Shown here: one piece after another, positions 31,033 through 39,758 of the stretch
Position numbering within the stretch: position 1 is the first letter of the stretch
Layout of the letters: every line of letters begins with the position of its first letter
IMG/VR virus record: IMGVR_UViG_3300042868_005641
Location: 13,875 to 77,874 of that record
Strand: one strand, 5' to 3'
Length of the DNA: 64,000 nt
Source of the DNA: a virus
Translations under genes and position numbers: made by a program
The notes under the pieces: generated by a model
Told to the model about the DNA's origin: nothing
The model's input: the letters and a program-made list of their open reading frames with translations, nothing else
The model's database searches: none

Positions 31033-31061
31033 TTGACCAGAATTGCAAGATCGGCTATAAT
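31033..31061 (+). promoter_or_regulatory. sigma70-type early promoter
   Basis: TTGACC-17 nt-TATAAT. Confidence 0.85.
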
Positions 31062-31091
31062 ACATACATAAACAGCAACATACCGGAGCAC

Positions 31092-31283
31092 ATGATGGAC
31101 CAGACACTTAAAGTAATCCCCAGCGTTGGCGAAGCAGGGTTTGACACTGAAGCTAGCCCGGGCAACGGACCATTTTATGTCAGGCTGTATGATGGGTCCT
31201 ATGATGTCTGCGGCTTTGACACCATTGATGAAGCCTATGCAGAACTGTTAGATATCTCAACCGAAGTTGGTAAAATCGGTTGA
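31092..31283 (+). CDS. Small early protein
   Basis: GGAG SD and ATG at 31092, downstream of the promoter. Confidence 0.6.
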   Translation: MMDQTLKVIPSVGEAGFDTEASPGNGPFYVRLYDGSYDVCGFDTIDEAYAELLDISTEVGKIG

Positions 31284-31308
31284 CCGGTATTGAGTTTTCG
31301 GTTATAAT
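31280..31308 (+). promoter_or_regulatory. sigma70-type early promoter
   Basis: TTGACC-17-TATAAT. Confidence 0.85.
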
Positions 31309-31334
31309 ACATACATCGCAACAAGGAACACACT

Positions 31335-31664
31335 ATGATCGCACTAGACAACATTGAAAGCATCCATAACACCGCAACAGCCGCAGCCCGCAAGACTACT
31401 GAAGACTTTCTTGCCAAACACGGTGATCGCGATGCTTGCGGATTTGCTTGGGTCACGGTCTACGAAAAAGGATCCACCAAGTTGGGCCGTGCGCTGAAAG
31501 CCGTAGGCTTCAAGCCAGCATACGGTGGTGGCCTTCAACTATGGAACCCAAGTGGCAGCTGGACCCAATGCATCACAGCCAAGGAAGAAGGTGCCCGCGC
31601 CTACGCTGATGTGCTACGCAAGTTCGGTATCGAGCAGGCCTACGCAGGAAGCCGAGTAGACTAA
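31335..31664 (+). CDS. Small early protein
   Basis: AAGGA SD; 'CGFAWV' motif. Confidence 0.7.
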   Translation: MIALDNIESIHNTATAAARKTTEDFLAKHGDRDACGFAWVTVYEKGSTKLGRALKAVGFKPAYGGGLQLWNPSGSWTQCITAKEEGARAYADVLRKFGIEQAYAGSRVD

Positions 31665-31671
31665 GAATTGG

Positions 31672-31700
31672 TTGACTGGTATTTCCCAAACTGCTATAAT
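31672..31700 (+). promoter_or_regulatory. sigma70-type early promoter
   Basis: TTGACT-17-TATAAT, with TG just upstream of the -10. Confidence 0.85.
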
Positions 31701-31733
31701 TAACATATAGACAGCAACACACAGGAGCACAAA

Positions 31734-32120
31734 ATGGGATACATGGATTGGAAAGCATCAGCAAAGATCGAAGACATGGTTGGCAAGGTGTTCACTCGCG
31801 TGACAGGTGGAGTGGGCGAGGGCGCGATGGTGTTTGAGAACGCAACCGAACGCTTTGTGTTCTTCCACTCACAAGACTGTTGCGAGTCCGTGGACATCAA
31901 CGACATTGCGGGTGACCTGGAGGACCTGGTTGGTGAGCCTTTGTGGATCGCTGTAGAAGTGTCAGGTGCTACTGAGCCAGACGAAGAGCACTACGAATCC
32001 TACACCTATACCTTCTACAAGTTCGCTACCCGCAAGGGCTATGTGGACGTTCGTTGGTTGGGAGAGTCAAATGGATACTACTCCGAAGGTGTAAGCCTGG
32101 GACGCGAGCTGGTTGACTGA
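31734..32120 (+). CDS. Small early protein
   Basis: AGGAG SD; 'HSQDCCESV..GDL..W.GESNGYYSE' phage family pattern. Confidence 0.7.
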   Translation: MGYMDWKASAKIEDMVGKVFTRVTGGVGEGAMVFENATERFVFFHSQDCCESVDINDIAGDLEDLVGEPLWIAVEVSGATEPDEEHYESYTYTFYKFATRKGYVDVRWLGESNGYYSEGVSLGRELVD

Positions 32121-32141
32121 TCTTGAGGTTTCGGTTATAAT
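32113..32141 (+). promoter_or_regulatory. sigma70-type early promoter
   Basis: TTGACT-17-TATAAT. Confidence 0.85.
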
Positions 32142-32169
32142 ACATTTTTAATTTAACTTAGGAGTTTTT

Positions 32170-32589
32170 ATGTCTTACACTTTCGCTGGTACTTCTGTTC
32201 TCAAAGGTGTTCTCAAAGTTCGTTTTGCCAACTCAGAGGCTCGTGCTAAACAACTGGCCAAGCTGGGCGATACTGATGTGAACATTGTGCCGCTGCCGTC
32301 CACCATGGACAAGGCAGGCGCAGTTGCATATCTGTTGGGACTGGCAGGGTTTGCTGACACTGATGCTGTGCGTGAAGCACTGCAAGCAGAAGTGGCTGTG
32401 AAGACTCGCCCTGCAAAGGCTGCAAAGACTGTGAAGCAGAAAGTTTCCAAGACTGTGACAATCAAGGCTCGTCCTACCATGGATTCCATCCGGGCCAAAG
32501 CGGCTAAGGCTCGCGCCGCAGCAGCCGAAGTGGTTGTAACTGAAGCAGAAGTTGACAGCCTAATGATGGCTGTGTTTGGTACCAAATAA
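32170..32589 (+). CDS. Basic K/A-rich early protein
   Basis: AGGAG SD; 'KVRFAN' motif and K/A-rich tail; followed by a GGGCAGG/CCTGCCC hairpin. Confidence 0.65.
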   Translation: MSYTFAGTSVLKGVLKVRFANSEARAKQLAKLGDTDVNIVPLPSTMDKAGAVAYLLGLAGFADTDAVREALQAEVAVKTRPAKAAKTVKQKVSKTVTIKARPTMDSIRAKAAKARAAAAEVVVTEAEVDSLMMAVFGTK

Positions 32590-32644
32590 TCAACGTCCAC
32601 AGGGCAGGTGCAATGCCTGCCCGCCTTTACTATAAGGAATAGTC

Positions 32645-32998
32645 ATGTCAGGTTGGCTTGCAATTCAAAAAATTCGTAAATTGGAACAAACAGCAGACAG
32701 CCTCGGAATGAAGTTTGCTGCAACCAAGTATGAAAACAAGTATGGAGAACTTGTATCATTGATTCCGAAAGACGCTGACTCATTGCCTATCTACTGTCGT
32801 GATGCAGAATTGTTTTCTGGGTCATTGGAAGCTGCTGACTATTTCATGCGTGGTATTGAATGGGCACGTGATTATGATCGCATGGTTATCGCCAAGGACA
32901 CTGACAAGAAGCGTGACCGCAAAGAACAAGATGAGCGCAATCGTATTCTACTGCGCACACTCAAAGATGGCGTAATGCCCTCTCTAGTGCAAACATAA
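32645..32998 (+). CDS. Hypothetical protein
   Basis: AAGGA SD; intact ORF. Confidence 0.6.
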   Translation: MSGWLAIQKIRKLEQTADSLGMKFAATKYENKYGELVSLIPKDADSLPIYCRDAELFSGSLEAADYFMRGIEWARDYDRMVIAKDTDKKRDRKEQDERNRILLRTLKDGVMPSLVQT

Positions 32999-32999
32999 C

Positions 33000-33287
33000 A
33001 TGGCCAAGTTTACATTTTACTGCCGAGTGGATAGAGACTATCCTGAACGAGAAATTAAGGCAGGTGTCTATGCATATAGATCCGAGCACGATCACCGTCG
33101 GTGCCAGCGGTTCGCCAGCGTGTACGCACCACTTATTCGGAATAGTAACAAAGTTTGGCGCCTGGGCCCACGCGGTGGTGTAAAGATTATCAAAAATCGC
33201 GATATTGGTAGTTATGGATATGTAACCACCAACGAAGAACAGATGAAAGAATTTGTCTGGATTAAATTACAAGCTCAAGCAGTATAA
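33000..33287 (+). CDS. Hypothetical protein
   Basis: Intact ORF with 'W..GPRGGV' motif. Confidence 0.55.
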   Translation: MAKFTFYCRVDRDYPEREIKAGVYAYRSEHDHRRCQRFASVYAPLIRNSNKVWRLGPRGGVKIIKNRDIGSYGYVTTNEEQMKEFVWIKLQAQAV

Positions 33288-33297
33288 GGAGAAACAC

Positions 33298-33675
33298 ATG
33301 GGACTAGATATGTATGCGTATGCAGCCACACAAGCAAACGACAGTGCCACGCAAGGCAAATTGGTACAGCGTGAGATTGCATACTGGCGTAAGCATCCTA
33401 ATCTGCATGGATGGATGCATCAACTGTGGGAACACAAAGGCTGTCCAAACGGCCATCCTGAAGATCAATTTAATGGTACCGAACTAGAACTCACCTGGGA
33501 AGACCTTGAAGAACTTGAACGTGCAGTCACACACAAACAGTTGCCTGCCACTAATGGATTCTTCTTTGGCAACGACAGTGACGATCACTATCGCGAACAC
33601 GATTTGAAATTTGTGCGTGAAGCCAAAGCTGAAATATTCACTGGCCTAAAAGTATTCTACAACAGCTCATGGTAA
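33298..33675 (+). CDS. Hypothetical phage protein
   Basis: AAGGAG SD; MGLDMY..EIAYWRKH..LHGW..GFFFG..Y.SSW family pattern. Confidence 0.7.
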   Translation: MGLDMYAYAATQANDSATQGKLVQREIAYWRKHPNLHGWMHQLWEHKGCPNGHPEDQFNGTELELTWEDLEELERAVTHKQLPATNGFFFGNDSDDHYREHDLKFVREAKAEIFTGLKVFYNSSW

Positions 33676-34130
33676 AGACAGTATTTTACGAAAAGATAGG
33701 ACGCAAGTATACGCCTGTGCGTGAATACGATAGCCTTCTTATGGAATCGTTTCCTAAAGGTGCTCATCTTGTGATAACACATCCAGGTGGGCGCAGCACT
33801 CGTTACAATATTGATCCCAACTATGCTGGATTGATTGCTGCCAGTCAAGTGGCCGAAAATGTTATGACCAAAGCCATGCAGATGGCTAGCGAGTTGAAAC
33901 CACGGCAAACCCCGATCACGCCTGCTCAACAACGAGCTTGGAAGAAACTGGCTAAAGAGTTTGGTGACGAACTTTGCACACTGCAAGGACCCAGCGCACA
34001 CGATATTGCACAGGCAGGAATCAATGCTTTACTTTCAGAAGCAGATGTGCTATACTCTAATCCAGCAGTACGTGATGCCTACGAAAAGTTTCTATTCGTA
34101 TGTGCATTAACCAAACAGAAAGCAGAGTAA
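33669..34130 (+). CDS. Hypothetical protein
   Basis: Intact overlapping ORF. Confidence 0.6.
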   Translation: MVKTVFYEKIGRKYTPVREYDSLLMESFPKGAHLVITHPGGRSTRYNIDPNYAGLIAASQVAENVMTKAMQMASELKPRQTPITPAQQRAWKKLAKEFGDELCTLQGPSAHDIAQAGINALLSEADVLYSNPAVRDAYEKFLFVCALTKQKAE

Positions 34131-34133
34131 ATA

Positions 34134-35522
34134 ATGATTTATGAACCACTTGCACCATACACCATCGACGATGATCGTTTCAAAGGCAATATGTCCTCAG
34201 GTTGGATAACAGATCTCAACAGTTCCGACAGTCGCATCCACAAAGAAAAAGTGATTGAAAAAGCCTTGATGGCTGCAAAATTGGGCAGTGCCGACGCACA
34301 GTCTTTTTTGTTCAATTGCTATCAAGCATACAATCCTTTCTATACCTTCCATGTGAAACAAGTTCCGGAGACTCAAGGTCTTACAGGACGTGATAATCCC
34401 TGGCCAATGTTTTGGGGCTTGTTGGAAAGCCTGCGCACCCGTTCCAGCACAGGACATGCAGCCCGTGACTTCATGACTCGTGTGAGTGAAGAATTTGATA
34501 GTGAAGAATGGAACACAATCTGTGCGCCGGTGATACGCAAAGACCTGCGCTGTGGCATCAGTGAAAAGACATTGAACAAGGTGCTGGGCAACACACAATA
34601 TCGTATTCCTGTGTTCTCATGCCAGCTGGCACAAGACTCTACAGATCGTCCGGCCAAGATGAAAGGAATCAAACGCCTGGAAGTCAAACTGGATGGCGTG
34701 CGAGTAATTGCTGTGGTCACCCAAGGTGGTTGTACATTGTACAGTCGCAACGGTAAACAGTTTGCAAACTTTCCACAGATTGCCGACGCTGTGATGGAAT
34801 CACGTGCAGCACTAATAGCAAACTCTTCGCTGAAAGGCAGCTTCATCCTGGATGGTGAAGTGGTAGGAGAAAGTTTCCAAAAGCTCATGCGTCAAGCACA
34901 TCGTAAGAGCAATGTCGAGACGTCCGACACGGTATATCACATCTTTGATGCCATGCCGTTGAACGAGTTTATGGAAGGGCATTGCAATGCCAATCAAGCA
35001 CGACGGCTTGAATGGTTGGAACACAGTCGAGATCGACTGATGGCCACAGACTGTTTACGCATCATGCAAGGCATTGACGTGGATTTAGACACTGCGGAAG
35101 GACATGACGTGATGAATCGTTATGCACAGGATGCAGTAAAGGATGGGTTTGAAGGCATCATGATCAAAGATCTGTCTGCACCTTATGAATGCAAACGATC
35201 CAGCTTCTGGATGAAATGGAAACCCACCATCACTGTGGATCTCAATATCGTGGGATTCGAAGAAGGAACTGGTCGCAATGCTGGCCGGTTAGGTGCTATA
35301 GTATGTGAAGGAGTTGATAATGACAGAAACATCAGAGTTAATGTTGGTAGCGGTTTGTCTGACAGCGATCGTGATGAGTATTGGGCTTCCCGGGATCAGT
35401 TACTTGGTCACGTGGTTGAAGTTGAAGCGGACGCAGTTACGCAAAACCAAGACGGAACATACAGTCTCCGATTCCCAAGATTCATGAGATTCCGTGGTTT
35501 TGACGCAGGAGATAAACTATGA
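34134..35522 (+). CDS. ATP-dependent DNA ligase
   Basis: KLDGVR motif I, LDGEV, IFD, EGIMIK, WMKWK, VGSG and SLRFPRF. Confidence 0.95.
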   Translation: MIYEPLAPYTIDDDRFKGNMSSGWITDLNSSDSRIHKEKVIEKALMAAKLGSADAQSFLFNCYQAYNPFYTFHVKQVPETQGLTGRDNPWPMFWGLLESLRTRSSTGHAARDFMTRVSEEFDSEEWNTICAPVIRKDLRCGISEKTLNKVLGNTQYRIPVFSCQLAQDSTDRPAKMKGIKRLEVKLDGVRVIAVVTQGGCTLYSRNGKQFANFPQIADAVMESRAALIANSSLKGSFILDGEVVGESFQKLMRQAHRKSNVETSDTVYHIFDAMPLNEFMEGHCNANQARRLEWLEHSRDRLMATDCLRIMQGIDVDLDTAEGHDVMNRYAQDAVKDGFEGIMIKDLSAPYECKRSSFWMKWKPTITVDLNIVGFEEGTGRNAGRLGAIVCEGVDNDRNIRVNVGSGLSDSDRDEYWASRDQLLGHVVEVEADAVTQNQDGTYSLRFPRFMRFRGFDAGDKL

Positions 35523-35752
35523 GCAAATTTAAAACCGTATACACAGAAGTTGAAGTTGATGTAGACATTAGTGAGTTTGAAACCGAGGATCTACTAGACG
35601 AACTAGAAGCACGTGGTCGACTGCCAGCTGATGCCGATGAGGATGCTAAAGCATTAATTGAAAAAATCTGGATGAAGCGTAGATTGGGCAAAGACAACTA
35701 TCAAGAAGAATTGGGTCAGTTGATCTATCAAGTGCTCGGGCATGTGGTATGA
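35519..35752 (+). CDS. Hypothetical acidic protein
   Basis: AGGAG SD; ATGA overlap. Confidence 0.6.
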   Translation: MSKFKTVYTEVEVDVDISEFETEDLLDELEARGRLPADADEDAKALIEKIWMKRRLGKDNYQEELGQLIYQVLGHVV

Positions 35753-36030
35753 TTGATCTAAACTTTTCAATTGAATATCCCTTTAGCAATCGCTTTAAAA
35801 TGCTAGCGTCAACTAGCAAACGGTTGACCAGGCATAAAGCAGTTGAAGCTAGTGCATATAAAACCACAAACATTATCACGCTGTCACTCAGTTACTGTAT
35901 CAGACAGGATCATGCAGGCTTACGCATAGTGCTTGGACTGATTGGGTACGAATGCCAATTGCACATTTACGATACTCGTCACTGGAACGACGAAACCAAC
36001 AGTTGGGCAACGTATGATCATTTATCTTAA
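35749..36030 (+). CDS. Hypothetical protein
   Basis: ATGA-coupled ORF. Confidence 0.55.
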   Translation: MIDLNFSIEYPFSNRFKMLASTSKRLTRHKAVEASAYKTTNIITLSLSYCIRQDHAGLRIVLGLIGYECQLHIYDTRHWNDETNSWATYDHLS

Positions 36031-36070
36031 TTGGTTTTTGTTTTTAACAGCCCTGATAGGATGAGGCTGG

Positions 36071-36256
36071 TTGGTGTTTGAAGAACACATGACCGCAGCT
36101 GAATTCCGTAAGGAATGCTGTGCAGTTGGTGAGCATCAATATACCAAACCCATGCGATGGTTGAGCTTGCCCAAGCCCAATGCACCAAGCGTATGGATGG
36201 TCTCGCAGCATTGTGCTCATTGTGGTAATTACAAAACTTGGATAGAAAATGATTAA
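36071..36256 (+). CDS. Small Cys/His-containing protein
   Basis: C..H..CAHC pattern; fills the intergenic gap. Confidence 0.45.
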   Translation: MVFEEHMTAAEFRKECCAVGEHQYTKPMRWLSLPKPNAPSVWMVSQHCAHCGNYKTWIEND

Positions 36257-36593
36257 CAACATTGATGACAGGATTACCTGCCCGGCTTGTGCCAAGGAAA
36301 TAAGTGTTCTAGCACGACGTTGCCCTCATTGCACAACTGCAATCGAAACAGTGGCTGTGTATAGTATTGCACCCCACACTCCCATGGCCAAGATCGTTGG
36401 ATTTTTGTTCGGCCTGGCAGTTAGTATCATGGGAGGTGTGCTAGGCGCACATTTTGATATCAGTATAGTAACCACAGTGATTGTGTGTATAGTGTCTGGT
36501 ATAGGAGTTGAGTGGTTGATCAGCAGGCACGGATTAGGTAGAACACTGGTAACCACAATAGGTGACAATCAAACCAGTATTAAACAACGATAA
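36249..36593 (+). CDS. Zinc-ribbon membrane protein
   Basis: CPAC..CPHC followed by two hydrophobic helices. Confidence 0.6.
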   Translation: MINNIDDRITCPACAKEISVLARRCPHCTTAIETVAVYSIAPHTPMAKIVGFLFGLAVSIMGGVLGAHFDISIVTTVIVCIVSGIGVEWLISRHGLGRTLVTTIGDNQTSIKQR

Positions 36594-36607
36594 CTTAGGA
36601 GTAAAAT

Positions 36608-36820
36608 ATGGCAACAGCAAAAACAGTAAACAAACTCAGCGACAAGCTGGTCAAAGTGAATGATAACTTCTCAATCAACATGTACGACAACGGATTCATG
36701 GTTGAAATTGGTGGCCGCAACAAGAAAACTGATTACGTCAACGCCAAGATCTTATGTAACACACTGGAAGAAGTGCAGGCATTGGTAGCAGAAGCATGTG
36801 TTATGGAACGTGACAGCTAG
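36608..36820 (+). CDS. Hypothetical protein
   Basis: AGGAG SD; intact ORF. Confidence 0.65.
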   Translation: MATAKTVNKLSDKLVKVNDNFSINMYDNGFMVEIGGRNKKTDYVNAKILCNTLEEVQALVAEACVMERDS

Positions 36821-36823
36821 GTC

Positions 36824-37921
36824 ATGAATTCGCCTAATGTCGGACTCTATATAAATTACGAAACCAGTCATTTATTAGAAAATCAATTTTCTCCAAATTG
36901 TAAAATATATCGAGATTATCTTGACGATCAAGATCGTGATGTATTTTTAAAATCCACACATGATCAATACATTGCAGTTTTGACCATGTTTCCCTTTCAT
37001 GACGGATGGGCAGATCAAATTAACCCATTGATTGCTCGTTGTGATCATGTGTTTATAATCTGCACAGAAGTTTTACTTCCTATTGTTGATTTTATCCAAG
37101 CTCATGATCATCACAACATCACTTATTATCTTTGTGGACATTTGAATTTTGAATTAAAACACAGTGCTGTACATCAGTACATGTATTGGTTTGATAACAC
37201 TACAGATTTTTATCGTAACTGGCTTCCTGAACTGTTGCATAGACTACATCCGTTCGACACAAAAAGATCGAGTTTTGATATCTTATTAGGATCTCGACGA
37301 GAGCACAGAAATTTCATATTTGAGCAGGCAATAAAAAATCCCGCATCTTACGTTCTGACATATTTTAAAAATCTATTAAGTTGGAGACTGTTACAGCAAT
37401 CTGAATGGGAACAGCAAGGAGTCAAGATAAATCAAACTCCAAGTATCACAGTGGAGAAAGTTGAGTATTACGGACGTGAAATTAGTCTAAGTCAAATTAT
37501 TCCGTTTAAGATTTATAATCAAACTGCATACTCTGTGGTTGCAGAAAGTGCTATACAAAATCACTTTTCACTGTTTTCAGAAAAAGTAGTCAAACCAATA
37601 ATGGCACGTAGATTGTTTGTGATGTTTAGTGGAAAGGGATATCTAGCCAATTTAAGAAAATTAGGATTTCAAACATTTGGTAACATCATCGACGAAAGTT
37701 ATGATGACTTGGATAACAACACTGAGAGATGGCAACATGCATGGGATCAAGTTGAGTGGTTAAATCAACAATCACAAGAACTTGTACTAGAAAAGATACG
37801 TCCAATTGTGGAACATAATTTTTCAGTTATGATGAATACAGATTGGTATGGAATATTTAGACAACAATTAACGCAGGACTTTATTAATAATTTAATTACT
37901 ACAGGAAAACAAAATGCTTAG
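36824..37921 (+). CDS. Glycosyltransferase-like protein, paralogue 3
   Basis: 'YSVVAES..FSEKVVKPI..L.KLGFQTF..IDESYD'. Confidence 0.55.
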   Translation: MNSPNVGLYINYETSHLLENQFSPNCKIYRDYLDDQDRDVFLKSTHDQYIAVLTMFPFHDGWADQINPLIARCDHVFIICTEVLLPIVDFIQAHDHHNITYYLCGHLNFELKHSAVHQYMYWFDNTTDFYRNWLPELLHRLHPFDTKRSSFDILLGSRREHRNFIFEQAIKNPASYVLTYFKNLLSWRLLQQSEWEQQGVKINQTPSITVEKVEYYGREISLSQIIPFKIYNQTAYSVVAESAIQNHFSLFSEKVVKPIMARRLFVMFSGKGYLANLRKLGFQTFGNIIDESYDDLDNNTERWQHAWDQVEWLNQQSQELVLEKIRPIVEHNFSVMMNTDWYGIFRQQLTQDFINNLITTGKQNA

Positions 37922-38213
37922 AAATCCACGTGACCTAACCAACGAAGAAATTGAAGAATGCATTGACGGTAGCAGCGATGTCGGCATGATACGTGAAATT
38001 ATCTCCATGGAAGATGTGTACAATGAAGATAGCACACACTTGCATGAAGAAAACTTTGCCACACGTTTTGCTTATGCAATCGAAGGCTTTATTGATGCAG
38101 ATCCAGAAACCGAAGCCTGGTCCGAAGCATGGGATAACAACTACGAATGGGGCCTAAGCATTGCTGAAAATATCAATGATGTGTTGACCGTAGATGTTGA
38201 CAGCACCGATTGA
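37914..38213 (+). CDS. Very acidic hypothetical protein
   Basis: AGGA SD; D/E-rich, 99 aa. Confidence 0.6.
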   Translation: MLRNPRDLTNEEIEECIDGSSDVGMIREIISMEDVYNEDSTHLHEENFATRFAYAIEGFIDADPETEAWSEAWDNNYEWGLSIAENINDVLTVDVDSTD

Positions 38214-38225
38214 AACTGCTATAAT
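38197..38225 (+). promoter_or_regulatory. Consensus sigma70 promoter
   Basis: TTGACA-17-TATAAT with TG upstream of the -10. Confidence 0.9.
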
Positions 38226-38231
38226 TACTAT

Positions 38232-38400
38232 GCATGGGCAAGGAGGTAGAGTAGCTCAATGGTGCTTGCGGGATAGATCTCTAACCCGGGCCTGCAGGCA
38301 TCCGTGGCATGTGAGCGTAAGTCTTTAAGGTTGCGACTAAGACCTCGATTGAAAAATCAAAACCAGGCTGGTACCCTGGGAGTATGCCAAGAGGAATAAT
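38232..38400 (+). ncRNA. Candidate structured ncRNA or long cis-regulatory leader
   Basis: GC-richer non-coding gap with about five nested or adjacent stems (see findings). No family recognised. Confidence 0.5.
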
Positions 38401-38417
38401 CTGGAAAGGATATGTAA

Positions 38418-38753
38418 ATGTCTATTGAAGTTGGGATCTCTGCGTCGAGCATGTCCGAATCACTCAATTCGCTTAAAGTAACGCCCTTGCCCATGCACCG
38501 TATTTTTGTGGAGATTGGCAGTACCGAGATTTGGTACAAGATCATTGCCGAAGCCAATCGTGAATTTGGTATTCGCGGCTGGAGCGGACAATCGGGTACC
38601 AAACGTCGGCTAGATCGTCAGAATCACATGTGGCCGTCTGCACTCAAAACCACCATACGTGTGTGGTTTGACGTGCCTGATGAAAAGTTTGCCACTTGGA
38701 TTGCTATAAAGTATCCAGTAACTGTTCTAGCACCACCGGCAACCAAAATATGA
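38418..38753 (+). CDS. Hypothetical protein
   Basis: AAAGGA SD; 'WFDVPD.KFATW' motif. Confidence 0.6.
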   Translation: MSIEVGISASSMSESLNSLKVTPLPMHRIFVEIGSTEIWYKIIAEANREFGIRGWSGQSGTKRRLDRQNHMWPSALKTTIRVWFDVPDEKFATWIAIKYPVTVLAPPATKI

Positions 38754-39754
38754 AACTATATGAATCTTTTGTAAAATTTGACCACGTTAACAAAAGCTAT
38801 GATGGCAAAACTCTGGTGGTACAAGATCTATCTCTTGACGTTCGGCCAGGAGAATTTCTAACCTTGCTGGGCCCGTCAGGGTCGGGTAAAACCACTGCAT
38901 TGATGATGCTGGCTGGATTTGAAAATCCCACCGCCGGTGAGATATATCTCAATGGTAATCCTATTGTACACATTGCGCCCGAGCATCGGAATATTGGCAT
39001 GGTGTTTCAGAACTATGCCTTGTTTCCGCACATGACTGTGGCTGAGAATATAAGATTTCCATTAAAGGTACGTGGTATAGTAGGCAACACCGCTAATGAT
39101 AAAATTACTGCTATATTGAGCAAGGTAGGACTAACAGGGTTTGAGAATCGTCGGCCATCACAACTATCTGGTGGACAACAACAACGAGTGGCAGTGGCAC
39201 GAGCATTGGTGTTTGATCCGCAATTGGTATTGATGGATGAACCATTGTCATCCCTGGACAAACAATTACGAGAACAATTGCAATATGAGATCAAAAATCT
39301 ACATAGAGCAACAGGTATCACGTTTGTGTATGTGACACATGATCAAACTGAAGCAATGTACATGTCAGATCGCGTGGCAGTATTTCATCAAGGACGTATA
39401 CAGCAAATTGGCACACCATCTCAATTGTATGAATCCCCGGCCAATATGTTTGTGGCACAGTTCATTGGCGAAAATAACATTATAAAATCTTTCAATAATC
39501 TACACAATGTTTGTGTTCGCCCTGAACGAGTTCAACTCGACCCGGTTGATGCAGTTGATATACTAGTCAACGGCACTGTGCTCGATGTAACTTATCTAGG
39601 ACGGTATATCCGCATACAGTTAGATTCATGTGGTCTTGACAATTTTACTGTGACCCTGGCAAATACTGGGCAACTTTTAAATTTGCAAGTTGGAAGAATA
39701 GTCAAACTAGGATGGAATTTTGCTGATTGCCGCACATTCGCTCCAGCAGAATAA
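38750..39754 (+). CDS. potA: Polyamine (PotA/PotG-type) ABC transporter ATPase
   Basis: GPSGSGKT, MVFQNYALFPHMTV, LSGGQQQRVA, LMDEP and YVTHDQ.EA; TOBE-like C-terminus. Confidence 0.85.
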   Translation: MKLYESFVKFDHVNKSYDGKTLVVQDLSLDVRPGEFLTLLGPSGSGKTTALMMLAGFENPTAGEIYLNGNPIVHIAPEHRNIGMVFQNYALFPHMTVAENIRFPLKVRGIVGNTANDKITAILSKVGLTGFENRRPSQLSGGQQQRVAVARALVFDPQLVLMDEPLSSLDKQLREQLQYEIKNLHRATGITFVYVTHDQTEAMYMSDRVAVFHQGRIQQIGTPSQLYESPANMFVAQFIGENNIIKSFNNLHNVCVRPERVQLDPVDAVDILVNGTVLDVTYLGRYIRIQLDSCGLDNFTVTLANTGQLLNLQVGRIVKLGWNFADCRTFAPAE

Positions 39755-39758
39755 ATTT

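Noticed and set aside
38246-38320. tRNA-like start (GTAGAGTAGCTCAATGGT)
   Set aside because: No TTCRA T-loop, anticodon arm or matching acceptor stem. Kept only as part of the unclassified structured RNA.
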